This document shows positions 28,654 to 39,411 of a stretch of DNA of 64,000 bases, piece after piece. Under the pieces are notes generated by a model. The model was not told where the DNA came from. It made no database searches and saw nothing but the letters and a program-made list of their open reading frames with translations. Within the stretch, counting starts at the first letter, position 1, and each line of letters begins with the position of its first letter. Origin of the DNA: Thermofilaceae archaeon (GTDB lineage: Archaea > Thermoproteota > Thermoprotei > Thermofilales > Thermofilaceae); the NCBI GenBank assembly GCA_038861545.1, contig JAWCCZ010000001.1:192001-256000 (forward strand). The letters are read 5' to 3'. The translations under genes were made by a program, and so were the position numbers.

Positions 28654-28931
28654 TTAGGCACTTGTTCTACGAGTTCTTCGAAAATATTTCTTACCTTTTC
28701 CAAGGCTTCCTTGAGAGCATCCAACGGTGACTTGCCCTCATTGGTAATCACAGTTAATGAATATGAGTCAGCTAGGGGATGGTCTCTCTTATAGGCAGCG
28801 AATACTACTTTAGGGTCCTCGTTTAACTTTTCTACTAACACGTTCAGTAAAGCGTGATCCTCTCCTTTAACTTTCAAATCTAGCCTGTTTTCCTCGTTTC
28901 TTACCACTGTGATTTCAAGGTTTTTGCTCAC
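28650..28931 (-). CDS. rpoL: DNA-directed RNA polymerase subunit Rpo11 (L)
   Basis: GEDHALLNVL...FAAYKRDHPL. Confidence 0.93.
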   Translation of the reverse strand: MSKNLEITVVRNEENRLDLKVKGEDHALLNVLVEKLNEDPKVVFAAYKRDHPLADSYSLTVITNEGKSPLDALKEALEKVRNIFEELVEQVPK

Positions 28932-29565
28932 GATTGTCCTTTCGTAATGTGGATAAAAAAGCCTTTACCTTTTGCAGGGCTTCATTATAGCCTGAAGCTA
29001 ACGTGTAACATTTCGTGCTGGTGTCTTCACGAGCCAGCCCTAATACCTTGAGGCGTTCTAAAACTTCTTTAACTTCTGCGTCAATGACAACAGCTAAGAC
29101 CGCTACTAATTTCTTCAATGAAGGAGTTGCTTGTAACGGAAGAGCTTCTGAGTACTTTTCAGATAAAGCCCCAGCAATTTCGCATACTTCTGAGTAGCTA
29201 GCGTTGGTTGTTATGTACCCCTTCTCTAGACGAGCTTGGTAGCCCCTTAAAGTAAGGACGTCGACTATTGCCGTCAGAGGTATCCCAATGACCAGTTTAG
29301 TGGAAGGCAGGATTAGACCCAAGTTATGCCTGAATAAACCTTGCTTAGGCAATCGCCTGGAAAGTCTCCATTGCTTAGCAATTTCCATAATTTTAGTATA
29401 GTTTTCCTCCAGCTTATCGGGTGTTCCCATTAAAACCAGTTTCAAAAAACATCCTTTAATCTCAGCGGCTCCACCGCCTAAGAAAGGCACTACATGTTCA
29501 AGAAACTCCGTAGCCTCGCTGGATGATTTAAAATTCAACGTTATAGTTTTTTTAATTTTCTTCAC
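28915..29565 (-). CDS. DUF2067-like conserved archaeal protein
   Basis: Position between csl4 and rpoL; size and general composition. Confidence 0.65.
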   Translation of the reverse strand: MKKIKKTITLNFKSSSEATEFLEHVVPFLGGGAAEIKGCFLKLVLMGTPDKLEENYTKIMEIAKQWRLSRRLPKQGLFRHNLGLILPSTKLVIGIPLTAIVDVLTLRGYQARLEKGYITTNASYSEVCEIAGALSEKYSEALPLQATPSLKKLVAVLAVVIDAEVKEVLERLKVLGLAREDTSTKCYTLASGYNEALQKVKAFLSTLRKDNREQKP

Positions 29566-29566
29566 A

Positions 29567-30121
29567 TCACCTTACCACATATCCTTTGGATACTTTTTTT
29601 CTCTTGAATATCTTCCTGCAATTTGTGCAGTAAAGCCAGAGACCTCTTTTCTTCAATGAAGTTAAGCATTTAGGACACCTAGCGAAAATCAAGCCGTAGT
29701 GAGCTCCTCGAACCGACAGCGAAAACGGCGGTTTTCCAGAAATTACTCGGGCCCTTACAATATCACCGTAACCTAGAAGCTCATAAATGTTCCGTATCTT
29801 CAGACCCACCTCAGAAATGTGTAAAGATCCCCTATACGGTGGTATATGCAAGCGCTCTTTACTTTCATTATAAAATATATCTAAGAACGCTACCATATCC
29901 CTTAAACCGACCACCATAGCTTGGATAACGTCGTTTTCCTCGAGCACTGAGGGGTCTTTAACTCGACGAACTTGTACCTCATGTTTAAACACATTGACGT
30001 GCACGTATCCAGCGACTTTGGCTCTAACAATCCATTCATGGGTATATGAATTGAGAGTTGGCAAGTATTCCTCTAAAACTCCCAGCTCATCGCCAGGTAC
30101 GACGAACTCCTTATTAACCAT
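29567..30121 (-). CDS. csl4: Exosome complex RNA-binding protein Csl4
   Basis: FVVPGDELGVLEEYLP; S1 domain LHISEV...GDIVRARV; CPKC...CTNC zinc ribbon. Confidence 0.93.
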   Translation of the reverse strand: MVNKEFVVPGDELGVLEEYLPTLNSYTHEWIVRAKVAGYVHVNVFKHEVQVRRVKDPSVLEENDVIQAMVVGLRDMVAFLDIFYNESKERLHIPPYRGSLHISEVGLKIRNIYELLGYGDIVRARVISGKPPFSLSVRGAHYGLIFARCPKCLTSLKKRGLWLYCTNCRKIFKRKKVSKGYVVR

Positions 30122-30151
30122 ATGAGTGACATCTACAGCTCTAAAAAAGCG

Positions 30152-30826
30152 TTACCCTTTAGATACTCTAATTGCAGCTACTCTTACTTTATGTGACTTT
30201 TTGCGGTGATGTGACATAGTTGGAGGTAAACGGATAACTTCTTCAAATAAGATTTCGGGGGAATAACCCATTTCCTTGCACTTAGCTAAAACGTAATCTA
30301 AGGATTCTACCTTATGTATGCTGAAGACTGTAGGCGCAAGCCTGAGTGCATTCCGCAAAAACTCTATATCAACCCCTTTCTTATGAACTCCAAAAGGTGG
30401 GTTCTGTATTACACAGCGTGCATTTCTGGAAGCTTCAAATTTTGAAGCTTCCACACATACAGTATCCACGTAGGCTTCTACCCCTAAACTTCTAGCTGCG
30501 GCTAGCGCAACCCTTAATGCCTTTGCATCAATGTCTACTAGGATCACGTGAGGTGCACCTAAGATAGCTGCTCCAAGTCCTAGTCGCCCAGTTCCAGCTC
30601 CAAGATCTATTATAGTTCCCTCGAGGTCATGATAGAAAGCTGCAATCCACAGTATTCTGGACGCTAGATGAGGAGGCGTAACATACTGTTCAAGTTCAAC
30701 CCTAGGTTGGGGATACGAAGGTATCCTAGATATAAGTATCTCTAGAATTTTTTTCCTAAGCGGCCTTTGTTTTCCATACAAAGAGCCCTGCGCGTAAGAG
30801 TGCCACGAATACCTTTCAATCACCAC
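30152..30826 (-). CDS. METTL5-family RNA N6-adenine methyltransferase
   Basis: LEQYVTP, DLGAGTG, NPPFG. Confidence 0.9.
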   Translation of the reverse strand: MVIERYSWHSYAQGSLYGKQRPLRKKILEILISRIPSYPQPRVELEQYVTPPHLASRILWIAAFYHDLEGTIIDLGAGTGRLGLGAAILGAPHVILVDIDAKALRVALAAARSLGVEAYVDTVCVEASKFEASRNARCVIQNPPFGVHKKGVDIEFLRNALRLAPTVFSIHKVESLDYVLAKCKEMGYSPEILFEEVIRLPPTMSHHRKKSHKVRVAAIRVSKG

Positions 30827-32034
30827 TTATACCTCAGGATAGCAGCTATTCCTCCAAAGACCTTCAGGAATTCCCTCCCCTCACCTGTTTCTAAGGATAC
30901 GAGAACTACCTCAGCTCCATTTTCTTCTGCTAGTTTACCTAACTCTTCGATGAGCAATACTTTTTCAAAGATTTCTATATCTAATGACCCGCACTTAGCG
31001 CATTTAACCTCATTTCCCTCAAAAGTTTCTTGATTTTCAAAATTACAAGCTCGACACTTGTAATGTATTCGGGCTTTCTTTACTGCTTCTGAGATTAACA
31101 ATGTTTTGACGGCGTTAGCTTCTAGAGATTTTCTAACTTCTTCTTCACCGTAAACGGCTAAACCGGTATCCCTTGCTACGTGGTAGAGCAACTCGTTTAC
31201 CACTTCTTTTTCCTTTATGTACTGAACATCCTTTAACAGCTCTTGAGCCCTGTTAAGTAGCTCATATATGCCGGCCTCACCTCCGTAGCCTACGTCGAAA
31301 ACTCCAAGAATCTTATCCTTCAATTGATAGTGGAGGTAATCACCTTTTAGAAATTCCTCTTTCGAGGGACCAGGTCCACCCACTATTAACCCCTTTAAAT
31401 CTGTGACTTCAAGGAATATTTTATTTGCATAATCGCCAACTCGTTTATAGAATTCATGGGTAAGTTGTTCAATTATTCTTTCGAATCTCCTAGCTGATTG
31501 TCCTCCAGCTCTATGCTTACGAGGAATCCCTGACTCAATCTCCTTCACTATCTGTAACGATTTTCCCTTCAAAATCGCAAAAGCCGCTTCGCCTCTGTCG
31601 ATTACCATTAAACCGAAAGACTCCTTGATCGAAATCATATCATCTAGAATTTCAGTGTAGAAGCGCGAATCACACCTGTAAAGCCAAACCTTAAGTTTTT
31701 CTGGAGGTTCCAGCACGTGAACCTCCAGTTTCTCGCTGCCAGGTGAATCCCCCTCTACATAACCAGCGAAAATTACAAGGCCGTTAGGTGGAGTCGTTTT
31801 GAAAAGTTTAAGTCTCTGCATAACGGCTGTTAGAGCATCAAGTACATGATGGCGAGTTGTCCGGTCTTTAATGTTAGATGCTGAAGAGTATTCGCTTCTA
31901 AGAACTTCCGCTACCTCGCTTAACGGCCGCCCAGTCGGTATATACAGTGAAATCAGCTCCGTTCCTCTTCCGGTCTTGCTTTTAAGCTCGTTTAGGAACC
32001 GCTGAAGTTTAAAGCGCTCCAGCTCTACCGACAT
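30820..32034 (-). CDS. prf1: Peptide chain release factor aRF1
   Basis: GTELISLYIP, ASNIKD, YRCD, GGQSARRF. Confidence 0.97.
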   Translation of the reverse strand: MSVELERFKLQRFLNELKSKTGRGTELISLYIPTGRPLSEVAEVLRSEYSSASNIKDRTTRHHVLDALTAVMQRLKLFKTTPPNGLVIFAGYVEGDSPGSEKLEVHVLEPPEKLKVWLYRCDSRFYTEILDDMISIKESFGLMVIDRGEAAFAILKGKSLQIVKEIESGIPRKHRAGGQSARRFERIIEQLTHEFYKRVGDYANKIFLEVTDLKGLIVGGPGPSKEEFLKGDYLHYQLKDKILGVFDVGYGGEAGIYELLNRAQELLKDVQYIKEKEVVNELLYHVARDTGLAVYGEEEVRKSLEANAVKTLLISEAVKKARIHYKCRACNFENQETFEGNEVKCAKCGSLDIEIFEKVLLIEELGKLAEENGAEVVLVSLETGEGREFLKVFGGIAAILRYKW

Positions 32035-32188
32035 TTTATAAACCCCTTCTACGTCATTCTAAAAATATATTGCTACTCAATAGAGATACGCAATTATCGT
32101 AACAGTTATTTTAACACAGAATGCCGAAACTTACGGTCTGCGACGTGTCTAACTTAAACAGGTTATTTACATTAACCTTTGCTGAGCT

Positions 32189-32458
32189 ATGATTCCGATA
32201 GGCAAGATCGTGAAAGTGACTCATAATGGAAAATTGATAGTCAAGGCCGAAGCTATACCAAAGCTTGGCGCAGAGGTTCACGATGCATCCACTAGCTTGG
32301 TAGGGTATGTTGATGATATTATAGGCCCGGTAGCTTCACCCTACATAGTCGTTAGGGCATCTGGGCAAGGGATTAAACAACCTGAGCATCTCATGAATCG
32401 TATGCTGTACACAGTTAGCGTAACAAAAAAGTTACACATCAAGGGTGGTAGGACATGA
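32189..32458 (+). CDS. gar1: H/ACA RNP subunit Gar1
   Basis: VGYVDDIIGPVASPY; gar1-tfb linkage. Confidence 0.88.
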   Translation: MIPIGKIVKVTHNGKLIVKAEAIPKLGAEVHDASTSLVGYVDDIIGPVASPYIVVRASGQGIKQPEHLMNRMLYTVSVTKKLHIKGGRT

Positions 32459-33330
32459 ATGAAATATGCCCACAATGCGGATCTGAAAAAGTAATTTTCG
32501 ATTCAGCTATTGGTGAACGAAAATGTTCTGAGTGCGGTTACGTTATAGAGGAGACAATTATAGATTTAGGACCTGATTGGAGAGCGTATGACCACCAACA
32601 AATGTTGCTTCGAGCGAGAGCAGAGCCAATTAATCCTCAGCGCGAAGTATGGACACTTATAGGGAGCAAAGCTGGTTTAAGCGCGGTTAAGCGGGCCGAG
32701 TTTGGTAGACTTTCTGTAATACAGGAGTTTATATCTAAGGAGGGTGAGAGAGGATTAACGCATGGGTGGAATGAAGTAAGCAGACTTGCCGCCGCAATAC
32801 AAGCCTCGCCACAAGTGAAGGATGAGGCTATAAGGCTATTTTCACTGGCTCAAAGAGAGGGGTTACTCAAAGGAAGAAGCATACAAGGAATAGCGGCCGC
32901 GAGCATAGCTTTAGCATGTAGGGAGTATGGGCTCCCAAACCCTATTCCTAGATTATGTGAATATGTCTCCACCAGCTCAAAGGACTTAAGGAGATGTTAT
33001 TTGTTTTTATTGGAAAACTTAGGAGGGGAGCTGAAGCTCAAACCACCAGATCCTATGAAGTACATACCAATGATCGCAAACAGATTAGGCTTAAGCGTAG
33101 AAGTTCAGCGCACGGCAGCCAAAATTTTAACGACTGTAGCTGAAGCCCGTATTTTACTAGGTAAACCTCCACGAAGCTTAGCAGTTGCCGCGCTTTACAT
33201 AGCTTCTATAATACATCGCGAGCGTAGATCTAGAGTGGATTTTGCGGCGACTGTCGGTATAACAGAGACGACTCTAAGGAAGCATGTAAAAGAACTTATT
33301 AAAAAATTGGATATAGAGATTCTCATTTGA
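32455..33330 (+). CDS. tfb: Transcription initiation factor B
   Basis: CPQCGS...CSECG zinc ribbon, IDLGPDWRAY, two cyclin repeats, C-terminal HTH GITETTLR. Confidence 0.92.
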   Translation: MNEICPQCGSEKVIFDSAIGERKCSECGYVIEETIIDLGPDWRAYDHQQMLLRARAEPINPQREVWTLIGSKAGLSAVKRAEFGRLSVIQEFISKEGERGLTHGWNEVSRLAAAIQASPQVKDEAIRLFSLAQREGLLKGRSIQGIAAASIALACREYGLPNPIPRLCEYVSTSSKDLRRCYLFLLENLGGELKLKPPDPMKYIPMIANRLGLSVEVQRTAAKILTTVAEARILLGKPPRSLAVAALYIASIIHRERRSRVDFAATVGITETTLRKHVKELIKKLDIEILI

Positions 33331-33382
33331 AAAACAAGAAGGGCAAGTTAATATAGCCTGCGTTTTACTCTAATCATAGGGT

Positions 33383-33778
33383 ATGCGTAGCGAAGCCAAA
33401 GAACTCAAATTAAGCGAAGGCGGTGGAGATCAAATAGAGAAACGCATACTCGATATAGTTTCGGCATCCGGTGATGCTGGTGTGCTGCAACGGAACATAT
33501 GGCAATTGTTGAACTTAGATAGCAGAAAAGGAAGCAAGATAGTAAAACGACTCGAGCGCATGGGATTCATCGCCAGAGAGGTTGTAGTCCATAAAGGAAG
33601 AAAAATGTATGTATTGAAGCCAACACCTAGGTTACTGCGCGCCCCACAATTGCCGCAATTGTTAGAGGCTATTCCATGCTTTTACTGTCCGCTTCTCGCT
33701 TCTTGCTCCAATGAACAGCACAGAGTTTTAAATTGTGAGAAATTGAACGAGTGGATCACAAACGGGGTGGATGGGTGA
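33383..33778 (+). CDS. TFE-beta / RPC34-like wHTH plus Fe-S protein
   Basis: wHTH then PCFYCPLLASC...C..LNEW; located between tfb and thpR. Confidence 0.8.
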   Translation: MRSEAKELKLSEGGGDQIEKRILDIVSASGDAGVLQRNIWQLLNLDSRKGSKIVKRLERMGFIAREVVVHKGRKMYVLKPTPRLLRAPQLPQLLEAIPCFYCPLLASCSNEQHRVLNCEKLNEWITNGVDG

Positions 33779-34335
33779 GCAGAGTTCGGTGCTTTGTAGC
33801 TGTGGATGTTGACGATCCTGATGTTATCTCAAGAGTCACTAGGATTCAGCAGCAGATTAATGAAACCGGCGCTAAGCTGAAGATCGTAGAGCCTGAAAAC
33901 CTTCATCTCACTTTGAGATTTATCGGCGAGATTGAAGAAGAGCAGGTTGGCAGAATAGTAAGAGCTTTAGAACGTATCGAATTCGCAGGCTTCCAAGTTG
34001 AGTTCGTTAATCTAGGAGCTTTTCCTAATAATCGTAGGCCTCGCGTTATATGGATTGGAGTAAGAAAGGGGGCTGCTGAACTAGCCGAACTCAGTGTAAA
34101 AGTAAACTTAGTTCTATCTGAGCTAAGATTGCCTAAACCTGAGGAGGAGTTTACTCCACATTTGACTATCGCAAGAGTAAAAACTGGCATAGGGTCGCTG
34201 ACAACTTTCATAGATAAGAACTCAGATGTGGAGATAGGTATGATGACTGTCGATTCCCTTAGGCTTAAAAAAAGTATACTAACGCCTCGGGGGCCTATCT
34301 ACGAAACGCTTTACGAGAAAAAGGCAACCGGGTAA
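33775..34335 (+). CDS. thpR: RNA 2',3'-cyclic phosphodiesterase (2H family)
   Basis: Two HxT motifs (LHLTL, PHLTIAR), PRVIW; GTG at 33775 overlaps the previous stop. Confidence 0.93.
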   Translation: MSRVRCFVAVDVDDPDVISRVTRIQQQINETGAKLKIVEPENLHLTLRFIGEIEEEQVGRIVRALERIEFAGFQVEFVNLGAFPNNRRPRVIWIGVRKGAAELAELSVKVNLVLSELRLPKPEEEFTPHLTIARVKTGIGSLTTFIDKNSDVEIGMMTVDSLRLKKSILTPRGPIYETLYEKKATG

Positions 34336-34341
34336 ATAAGG

Positions 34342-35724
34342 ATGAATTTTCATGAGATACTTGCTGAAGTTTTAAGACGTGAGACCCCGACGGAAAACAA
34401 GACACTTGAAGTTACTCAAACCGTTCAGCAAGTATTAACTACTTTGAAACAAACACTGAACACTGAGGACGTGAAAGCCGAGGTAGAGGTGGAAGGATCA
34501 TTTGCAAAAGGTACATGGTTACCAGAAGATGTAGACGTCGATATTTTCTTGCTATTCGACCCAGTAATACCACTGGAGAAGTTAAGAGAGATTGGTTTAA
34601 GAATCGCGGTTAAAGCCGCTGAGAGCCTAGGGGTTAACTATAAAAGAATGTATGCATCTCATCCTTACCTTACGCTGGAACTGCATACTTGCGAGGTCGA
34701 CATAGTACCAGCTTACAAGGTGTTTTCCCCATCCGAGATTAAATCCCCCGTAGATCGAACACCTTTCCATACAAAATATGTGAAAACTCGATTGGAGGAT
34801 AAACCTGAGCTAAAAGGAGAAATAAGAATGCTGAAGAGGTTCATGAAGGGAATCGGGGTTTACGGTGCTGAAATACGGGTTGAGGGCTTTTCCGGCTACT
34901 TGGTTGAGCTTCTAACCATACACTTTAATTCATTTGTTTCAACTCTGAAGGCGGCGTCTACCTGGAAACCATACAAAGTAGTTATAGATCTGGAAAACTA
35001 CTACAGTGACCCCAAAGAGGCACTGAAAAAGTTCCATGAACCGCTTATAGTGGTGGATCCCGTGGATTCTAAGAGAAATGTAGCTAGCCCTGTTTCACTT
35101 GAATGTATGTGTAGGTTCATCGCGGCGTCTAGGGCATTCCTACGAGCCCCTAACTTAAGCTTCTTCTACCCCGCTAAAACGGGCCAGCTCCCCGAGCTTC
35201 AAGAATTACTGAAGTCAAGGGCTATCGTAGCCTTACATATTGAAATACCAGAGCTACTGGAAGACATCCTTTGGGGACAAGCTAAAAGAGCGCTTAAAGC
35301 ATTAAGCCATGGACTTGAAAAGTACGGTTTCAGCGTCTTAGCCTCCACGGCTTGGTCACAAGGCAAGGAACTAATCCTACTTTTCGAGCTTGAAGAACTC
35401 ATGCTACCCTCCTTGGAGAAACACTACGGTCCACCCGTGTACTCAAGCCATGATGTTAAATTCCTTGAAACATATGCAAGCTCGGTCGCCGGCCCCTACG
35501 TTGAAGGGGAAAGATGGGTTGTAATAAGGCCTCGCCGAGTAAGGCGAGCGGAGGATGCTGTATCAAAGCTACTGTCCTCCTATAACATTGGCGAACACTT
35601 AACATCTAGCTTAAAGGCTGGTTATAAATTATTCATTGGTGAAAGCGTTATAGATGCATCGAGTAATGAAAATTTTAGAACCTTCTTGGCTGAGTGGCTT
35701 ATTCGGAAACCCTCGTGGAGTTAA
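34342..35724 (+). CDS. cca: CCA-adding enzyme (class I)
   Basis: GSFAKGTWL..DVDVDIF, YASHPY, VDRTPFH, GFSGYLVELL, DPVDSKRNVA. Confidence 0.96.
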   Translation: MNFHEILAEVLRRETPTENKTLEVTQTVQQVLTTLKQTLNTEDVKAEVEVEGSFAKGTWLPEDVDVDIFLLFDPVIPLEKLREIGLRIAVKAAESLGVNYKRMYASHPYLTLELHTCEVDIVPAYKVFSPSEIKSPVDRTPFHTKYVKTRLEDKPELKGEIRMLKRFMKGIGVYGAEIRVEGFSGYLVELLTIHFNSFVSTLKAASTWKPYKVVIDLENYYSDPKEALKKFHEPLIVVDPVDSKRNVASPVSLECMCRFIAASRAFLRAPNLSFFYPAKTGQLPELQELLKSRAIVALHIEIPELLEDILWGQAKRALKALSHGLEKYGFSVLASTAWSQGKELILLFELEELMLPSLEKHYGPPVYSSHDVKFLETYASSVAGPYVEGERWVVIRPRRVRRAEDAVSKLLSSYNIGEHLTSSLKAGYKLFIGESVIDASSNENFRTFLAEWLIRKPSWS

Positions 35725-36443
35725 GTATTTGGAAGTTAAAGCCAAGATATTTATATATCCTTACATACCCCTCCGTGTCCCTAAACGCTGCTAGGCAAAG
35801 GTTAGTAGAGTTGAACATGCTGGGAGTTGATAAACTAATGTTCGAAGGTCCTGTAGAAATAAACGGCGTCCATGTAATCGCGAAAGGCACCACGGGAGTG
35901 GTAGTTAAAGGTGTAAGAAAGGATCAGAAAGTAGCTATAAAAATCAGGAGGGTTGATGCAAACAGGCAATCTCTATTAAGTGAAGCAACAAAGCTGCGCT
36001 TAGCAAACACAGTTGGTATAGGACCACGGCTTCTGGCAGCGTCTAGAAATTTTTTGGTCTGGAGTTTCGTTGAAGGAATCGAGTTAGAGGAGTGGATTCC
36101 GCAAGCAGATGCGAAGGATGTGCGTAAGGTGGTTCGCGAGCTATTCCGCCAGGCCATAATTTTAGATTCTCTCGGTTTAATACATCAAGAATTATCTAGA
36201 GTAGGGAACCATGTAATGGTCACTCCTGGATTACAACCTGTTATATTTGACTTCGAAACAGCTAGTCTAAGTAGCAGTAGAAGTAACTTAACTCAATTAG
36301 TTAATGCGCTTTTAATCAGAGAATCACTCATTTCAGAGAAAGTACAGCGAGCATTTAATGTGAAGCGTGACTATATCCTCCAAATCATAAAGGTTTACAA
36401 AAAGACTCGCAATCCTAACAGCCTAAGTGTTTTACTAAGCTAG
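35694..36443 (+). CDS. Archaeal RIO/Bud32-like Ser/Thr protein kinase
   Basis: IAKGTTGVV, VAIKIRR, HQELSR, IFDFETA; conserved position after cca. Confidence 0.85.
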   Translation: MAYSETLVELSIWKLKPRYLYILTYPSVSLNAARQRLVELNMLGVDKLMFEGPVEINGVHVIAKGTTGVVVKGVRKDQKVAIKIRRVDANRQSLLSEATKLRLANTVGIGPRLLAASRNFLVWSFVEGIELEEWIPQADAKDVRKVVRELFRQAIILDSLGLIHQELSRVGNHVMVTPGLQPVIFDFETASLSSSRSNLTQLVNALLIRESLISEKVQRAFNVKRDYILQIIKVYKKTRNPNSLSVLLS

Positions 36444-36444
36444 A

Positions 36445-38709
36445 TCAAACTATTGGTGAACCTTCAATTGATCCAATTGAGACCAAACCTGTCAACCTTT
36501 TATTGTTTACCTGTTCTAATATCTTAAATGCTTTCCCCTTTGATAAAACCTTATTGTTGTTACCACAGTAAGGTGAGTATATACATTTTGGGCAGCCATC
36601 CTCACAATCGCATAACCTTAAAATCCTTAAAGCTTTTGAAAAGGTATCTTCAAACCGTTCAAAAAGTAGTTTTGAACAGCCGGAGCCACCTGGATAGGCA
36701 TCGTAAATAAATATGTGACCAGTTGGAAAGCTGATTCCTCCTAGATCGGTTAGGCCAGCGCCAACTGCTGCTTGAGCAGCTGTGATAAGCACATGCTCGA
36801 TCGCATGGAATGCCTCTGCATTTCCGATTGAATCCCATGCCGGGTTTATGGGGAATCTTAAAAGCACACCTTTAGTGGCAAATCCATACGCGTACTCTTT
36901 TTCAAGAATTGTTTCACGCAGTGTTGCTCCACTTTCGAAATCTCTTGTAACATAACCGTATACCACTTCCCTTACACTTAACTTCCCATATTCGATACTT
37001 GATCCTAAAACTTTTCGGGAAATCTCAGGCGAAAAACTTTCGGGGGCTGAGTAGTAAAGCGCGCTAGTCACTAAACTGTAATGGCTCGGTAGCCTTGTGA
37101 CCACAGCCCGTGTAGGGGATAGCTCAACGGATAGATAGGTTTCACCACCATGAAGGTATACTCCTCCCGGGAAAAGCTCCTTTAATGCTGCAGGCATGTC
37201 CCTAAGTCCAATAAGTCTCCCCCTAACGTCGTATATCTTTACAACTTCACCCGTACCTCTCAAACCAGGTCTTTTCCGCAGGTAGCGAGAGCCAGCAGAA
37301 GCACATTTAATGTACTTTCCTCCTTTAACAATTTTTAAGAAGCCGCTTTTCAGAAGCTCGTTAGCAATTTTACTCTCGAAAATTTCTAGTTCATCCACCC
37401 GTAGCGGTAGATCCGCAGCTGTAGCAGTCAACTGAATTTTCGCGACTTCTTCGTTATGTGCTTCTATTGCTATAGGTTCAGGTTCTTTACTAAAGAATTC
37501 ATCTGGAAAGTTTGCATAGTATTGGCTGATAGGATCATCTCCTAAAACGGTTAATACGTATGCTTTCCTCCCTCTTCTTCCACAGCGCCCGGTTCGTTGC
37601 ACGTACTTACTGAAAGATGGGGGTATGTTAGCTAGAATCACGCAGTCAAGGTCGCCGATATCTATTCCTAACTCTAGTGTCGGAGTTGCTGTAACGGCCA
37701 TGATTTCACCGTCTCTCAATCCTTTCTCAACTTCCCTACGTTGTTCAGGTAATAGTCCAGCTCTATGTACATAAACGTCAATGTTGAGCTTTTGGCATAA
37801 CCTGAAAATCAGCTCCACAGCCCTATGGCTATCAGCAAATGCTACAGTCTTCAACCCTTTTCTCACACAAGTAGCAATTAAAGCAGCAACTTCAGCGAGC
37901 CTAGATCTCGCAGTAGGTTTTAACATTGCATGTATAACAGCGCTTCGCCTACCGGATCCCAAATGGATAACATTTACTTTATCTCTAAACAGAGATTGAG
38001 CGAATTCTTTCGGGTTACCTATTGTAGCGCTAGTTCCGACAAAAATCGGTTTATTATATAAAATTCTCTTTAACCTTTTCAGCACGTAACTTACATGTGC
38101 GCCTAAAACCCCACTGTAAGCATGAGCATCGTCTAGGACAACATACCTGGCGGTTGAGCACAATATTCTGAACTCCCGCGAGTTCATTAAACCGTAATGC
38201 AGCATATCGGGATTTGTAAGCAATATTTGAGGGGGAAAACTATAGATCGTTTGTCTTTCTTTATCTTTGGTATCACCATCAAGGACTAAAGCTCTAATCC
38301 CGAAAAGAAGGTTAACAAAGGAATTAATGCGTGCTACCTGGTCGCGTGCGAGTGCCTTAGTGGGATAAATCAGTATAGCATGTACTTGCGGCGTGGGATC
38401 CCGTAAAACATCCTCAAGTACCGGGATAAGAAATGCTTCAGTTTTTCCGGTTCCAGTTCCAGCCACTACAAAAGTATTTGACCCCTCTTTAATCGACTTT
38501 ATAGCCTCGGCTTGGAAACGGTATAGCTTGCCTATACCTCTTTTTCTTAGAGCTTCTATAAGAATTTCGGAAGACACGATCTCTTCTACTGATGGCCCTG
38601 GTTCTAGCGGCAGGGGTTTCTCAAGGTATACTTTTACAACTCTATGCCCTTCATCTTTACGCAGCTCATTGATTAACTCATCAGAGTCGGAAAACTCCTC
38701 GAAAGTCAC
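36445..38709 (-). CDS. SF2 helicase with DUF1998 zinc domain (Hrq1/MrfA-like)
   Basis: GTGTGKT, DDAH, SAT, TLELGIDIG, QRTGRCGR, CDCEDGCPKC. Confidence 0.9.
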   Translation of the reverse strand: MTFEEFSDSDELINELRKDEGHRVVKVYLEKPLPLEPGPSVEEIVSSEILIEALRKRGIGKLYRFQAEAIKSIKEGSNTFVVAGTGTGKTEAFLIPVLEDVLRDPTPQVHAILIYPTKALARDQVARINSFVNLLFGIRALVLDGDTKDKERQTIYSFPPQILLTNPDMLHYGLMNSREFRILCSTARYVVLDDAHAYSGVLGAHVSYVLKRLKRILYNKPIFVGTSATIGNPKEFAQSLFRDKVNVIHLGSGRRSAVIHAMLKPTARSRLAEVAALIATCVRKGLKTVAFADSHRAVELIFRLCQKLNIDVYVHRAGLLPEQRREVEKGLRDGEIMAVTATPTLELGIDIGDLDCVILANIPPSFSKYVQRTGRCGRRGRKAYVLTVLGDDPISQYYANFPDEFFSKEPEPIAIEAHNEEVAKIQLTATAADLPLRVDELEIFESKIANELLKSGFLKIVKGGKYIKCASAGSRYLRKRPGLRGTGEVVKIYDVRGRLIGLRDMPAALKELFPGGVYLHGGETYLSVELSPTRAVVTRLPSHYSLVTSALYYSAPESFSPEISRKVLGSSIEYGKLSVREVVYGYVTRDFESGATLRETILEKEYAYGFATKGVLLRFPINPAWDSIGNAEAFHAIEHVLITAAQAAVGAGLTDLGGISFPTGHIFIYDAYPGGSGCSKLLFERFEDTFSKALRILRLCDCEDGCPKCIYSPYCGNNNKVLSKGKAFKILEQVNNKRLTGLVSIGSIEGSPIV

Positions 38710-39411
38710 GTTGTGTTAAATAATTGCATCCTCTTAAAGTTGCTATGGCTTTACTAGCCCTTAACCGCTAACGTTTACCTTTTTCTATCTAACGTACATA
38801 ATTTCGCTAGCTTTTAGCTGCTACGAGCCTTCTGTTATCAGCTTCCGATATCGGTGAGCCATTATCTACTATTTCTCTGGCAATACCTCTTAAAATACTT
38901 TGATTGGGTAAAAACACCTTCATTTTTTGTTTAGCATTGATGCAGTAGATCTTAGTCCCTGATTATTGAATTAGCACACTTATTCAAAGTGTATTATAAC
39001 ATTCATCAAAGCCTGTAAGAAAAGCCTTGAGTAGCAGAAGCCCTGGGTACCGGCTATTAAGTAGTTCGCGAAGAATGACCCTCGTAATCGATAACTCACA
39101 GGCAGTCATTGTTTACGTTTATGCCATTTAGAGCAACAGGTAGCGTAATTTACTTGTAAAGAGCTTATAACCTAGCAAACCCTTTCTCTTATTCACGATT
39201 ACATTGCTCAACCATTTAGTTCACACTTTAATAGTTGCCTAGTAAGTCTCGGGTTTATGAGTTGAAAATAAGTAAATGTCTCTGTACATTATGCGTATAT
39301 GTAACTTGGATATTCTTCTTGGAGGCCAGATAAATCTGAAGGCATCTTTTCCCTTATCGTAGTATTATTATGGAAATCAAAACCTTATATAAAAGAGAAC
39401 GTTAAGGAAGT

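Noticed and set aside
32189-36443. gar1-tfb-TFEb-thpR-cca-kinase cluster as a novel RNA repair system
   Set aside because: This is a well-known conserved archaeal gene neighbourhood
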